From: Octopus vulgaris
Taxonomy: Eukaryota
Assembly (NCBI GenBank): GCA_951406725.2
Contig: OX597830.1
Span: 23,436,001-23,500,000, forward strand
Direction: 5' to 3'
Length of the DNA stretch: 64,000 nucleotides
Each line of letters begins with the position of its first letter. The first letter of the stretch is position 1. Below, one piece after another: positions 56,917 through 64,000 of the stretch. The position numbers and the translations under genes are program-made. Under the pieces are notes generated by a model, which had not been told where the DNA came from, searched no databases, and was given only the letters and a program-made list of their open reading frames with translations.

Positions 56917-57493
56917 CACAGATATGCAGGAAGTAAATAGACAACTTTAATTTTCAAAATCTTTTATTTGATATTAATTGGTTGAAGGAAAGGTTTTCTT
57001 CTAGCTGCTCGTCCATAATACCCAAGCTTATGCAGATATGGAACACACGTTCTTGGACTAACTTCTAGCTGTTTTGCAATATCAGAAGCCTTCGACCGGG
57101 GTTCATTTTTCACAATTCTCTTCAAACAGCGAAACCTCATTTCCGAGGGCCCAGGTCGGATGGGACGAGTATTTGTTGATTCTTTTCCTTGGCTTTTGAA
57201 TTGCACTATAATTCTATTAACAGTAGCAAGAGGAATTTGAAGATTTTCGGCAAGTTTTCGCTGGCTAAGACCAGCCTCGGATTGCCCAACAATACGACCT
57301 CTTTGAAAATCTGACAGTTCTGCTGAATTTTTGTGCGTGACATGGTTACTCTTCGCGAATGTTTAATATAATGGCACCTGGAATGAAAAAGAATAATTAC
57401 ATTGTAAATTCTACACAGCTGAAAACATATTAAGATGCTTAGATCAGAAATTTTGAATAATAAAGTTGTCTATTTACTTCCTGAATGTCTCTG
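56917..57493 (-). mobile_element. Internally deleted Tc1-family transposon (TIRs plus N-terminal HTH only)
   Basis: About 44-bp TIRs containing CAGGAAGTAAATAGACAACTTTA and TAAAGTTGTCTATTTACTTCCTG. Minus strand reads ELSDFQRGRIVG...LHKLGYYGRAARRKPFL; the DDE domain is missing. Confidence 0.9.
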
Positions 57494-57523
57494 TCTGTCT
57501 GTCTGTCTGCCTGCCTGCCTGCC

Positions 57524-57602
<79 letters not shown>

Positions 57603-57825
57603 ATGTATGTATGTATGTATGTATGTATGTATGCATGTATGTATGCATGTATGCATGTATATATGTATGCTCTTTTTTATATGGAGTAAATTTTGACCGG
57701 GCCCCTTACTTCGAAGCATGGTTGTGAAAGAAAATAACTTGCATTGTTCGTTATCTTTTAAATCATAGGAAGGTCTTGCGAATTCTTAAAATCCCAGATA
57801 ATGTATATATGTATGTATACATACG

Positions 57826-57857
<32 letters not shown>

Positions 57858-58067
57858 TGTATGCATGCATGCGTATATGTATATATATAAACATGTATGT
57901 ATGTATGCAAGTGTGTGTGTGCATGTATACATGTATACATATATGTATGTATTGTACGCATGTAAGTGTATATATGTATGCATGTATGTATGGAGATGCG
58001 TACGCATGCAAATTTTTCCTAACTGCTTCTAACTTCAAAGTTTACAGCAAGAACCTGTCAGGAGACA

Positions 58068-62370
<4,303 letters not shown>

Positions 62371-63530
62371 CTGGATACTAAAGCTCGTGGAAAATCACGA
62401 GAGACGAAAGAAGCTTCATTGTATCATAAAGAAAAGCAAAAGATTTGCTATTGATCTCGTGCAGGATACCCAAACTGAACAACCCGAGGGAAGTACGGCA
62501 ACTATTGTTGCAAAGAAGGCGAAAATAATGGCAACGAAAAAAGCGCACGAGCAATTGGCTGATAGGTGGGAGGAGAACCTCTGCACGGCAAATATGTGGC
62601 CCGTAGCAAACAAGCTGATGTTGACCAGAAGCAAACCCATCAGTGGCTACGGAGCTCAGGGCTAAAAGCAGACAGCGAAGGTTTCATCCTGGCTGCTCAA
62701 GATCAAAGCCTATTAACCCGGAACTACCAGGCCAATATGATGAAAAATGGAGCAGTCCCAAAATGCCGATTCTGCAACGACATGATTGAAACAGTGGTCC
62801 ACCTAATCTCTGGATGTAAAGTCTTAGCACTAGTGGAGTATAAATTAAGACATGACAGAGTTGGCCAATATCTACACTGGCTAATAAGTCGGCATTACAA
62901 TATCGAAACTGCCGACAAGTGGTATAATCACCACCCTGAAGCTGTAACTGAAGGAGAAAATGTAACCATTCTGTGGGACTTTCCAGTACATACAGACCGA
63001 ACCATCAAATCCAATAAACCGGAAATTGTTGTGAAAGACCAAAACAATCAAGTTTGCTTTTTGATCGACATGAGCATCCCATGTGATCATAATATCTCGG
63101 CGAAAGAGTTTGACAAGCTCAGAAAATATAAAGACCTGCCCATTGAAATTGAGAAAATGTGGCATCTCACGGCGGTTACAATACCAGTGATCGTAGGAGC
63201 ACAAGGAATGATCAAGAAGGAAACCAAAAATTATATGAGAATGATCCCTGGCTTACCGTCCCTGCAAGAAGTGCAAAAGATTGTCTTAACTGGTACATCA
63301 CACGTACTGAGAAGAGCATTGTCGATGTGAGAACTATTACTACCCATGTATTTTAATTTAACTCTAAAAAAAAAAAAAAAAAATGAACGAACTAGTGAGT
63401 TTAGTTTAATGGCCTACCAATGTATACTATGTGTTTCTTTGCCCTAGGAGTCGGGAAGACACTCGGCAAGAAATGGAAGCAAATTTGAAAGAAGAAGAAA
63501 AAAAAGATAAAATAATAATAATAATGATAA
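62371..63530 (+). mobile_element. 5'-truncated second R4/Dong-type LINE (different subfamily) directly after (TAA)n at 62268-62370
   Basis: ORF 62566-63330 reads LHGKY..SEGFILAAQDQ..CRFC..HLISGC..NKPEIVV..KYKDL..HVLRRALSM*; ends in an AATAAT tail. Confidence 0.93.
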
Positions 63531-63735
63531 AAGTACCAATGAAAAGAAGCAACAACCGTCTGTCTTGTCATCTATAATACTCTTAGCACAACCAGTCTGT
63601 CTTTAAATTTTAAAGACTTGTAGAGTTTTAATGTCCAAAGACCAACAGATCATGTACAACACAAGAATTACAGAATTTCGACATTTATTCTAGAACGCAA
63701 GTTCAACTGTACTTTTATCTAGGCACACTGGCATA

Positions 63736-63863
63736 TAAGTAGCTTGCTTACCAACCACATGGTTCCAGGTTCAGTCCCACTGCGTGACACCTTGGGCAAG
63801 TGTCTCGGACCGACCAAAGCCTTGTGAGTGGATTTGGTAGACGGAAACTGAAAGAAGCCTGTC

Positions 63864-63907
<44 letters not shown>

Positions 63908-64000
63908 ATATGTTTGTGTGTCTGTGTTTGTTCCTCTAGCATTGCTTGACAACCGATGCTGGTGTGTTTACGTCCCCGTCACCTAGCGGATCGGCAAAAG
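63736..64000 (+). mobile_element. Family B SINE, running off the window end
   Basis: Family consensus with internal (TA)n. Confidence 0.88.

Overview
Eukaryotic, AT-rich, repeat-saturated DNA. The tRNA-derived SINE families and the extreme microsatellite load strongly suggest an octopus (coleoid cephalopod) genome; this is inferred from recall of the repeat families and was not verified by search. No host protein-coding exon could be supported, and nearly all ORF-track entries are microsatellite read-through. The real content is: (1) a near full-length but dead R4/Dong-type RLE non-LTR retrotransposon in a (TAA)n tract, plus two truncated relatives also in (TAA)n; (2) about 10 fragments of a second RLE-type LINE lineage sitting in (CATA/TATG)n tracts; (3) RTE and CR1/L2-like LINE fragments; (4) a hAT transposase fossil, three Tc1/mariner relics, Helitron-like and Penelope-like pieces; (5) dozens of SINE copies of at least three families, often stacked at a single target site; (6) a few candidate non-coding + strand exons. 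Coordinates of degenerate repeats are approximate (about +/-10-20 bp).
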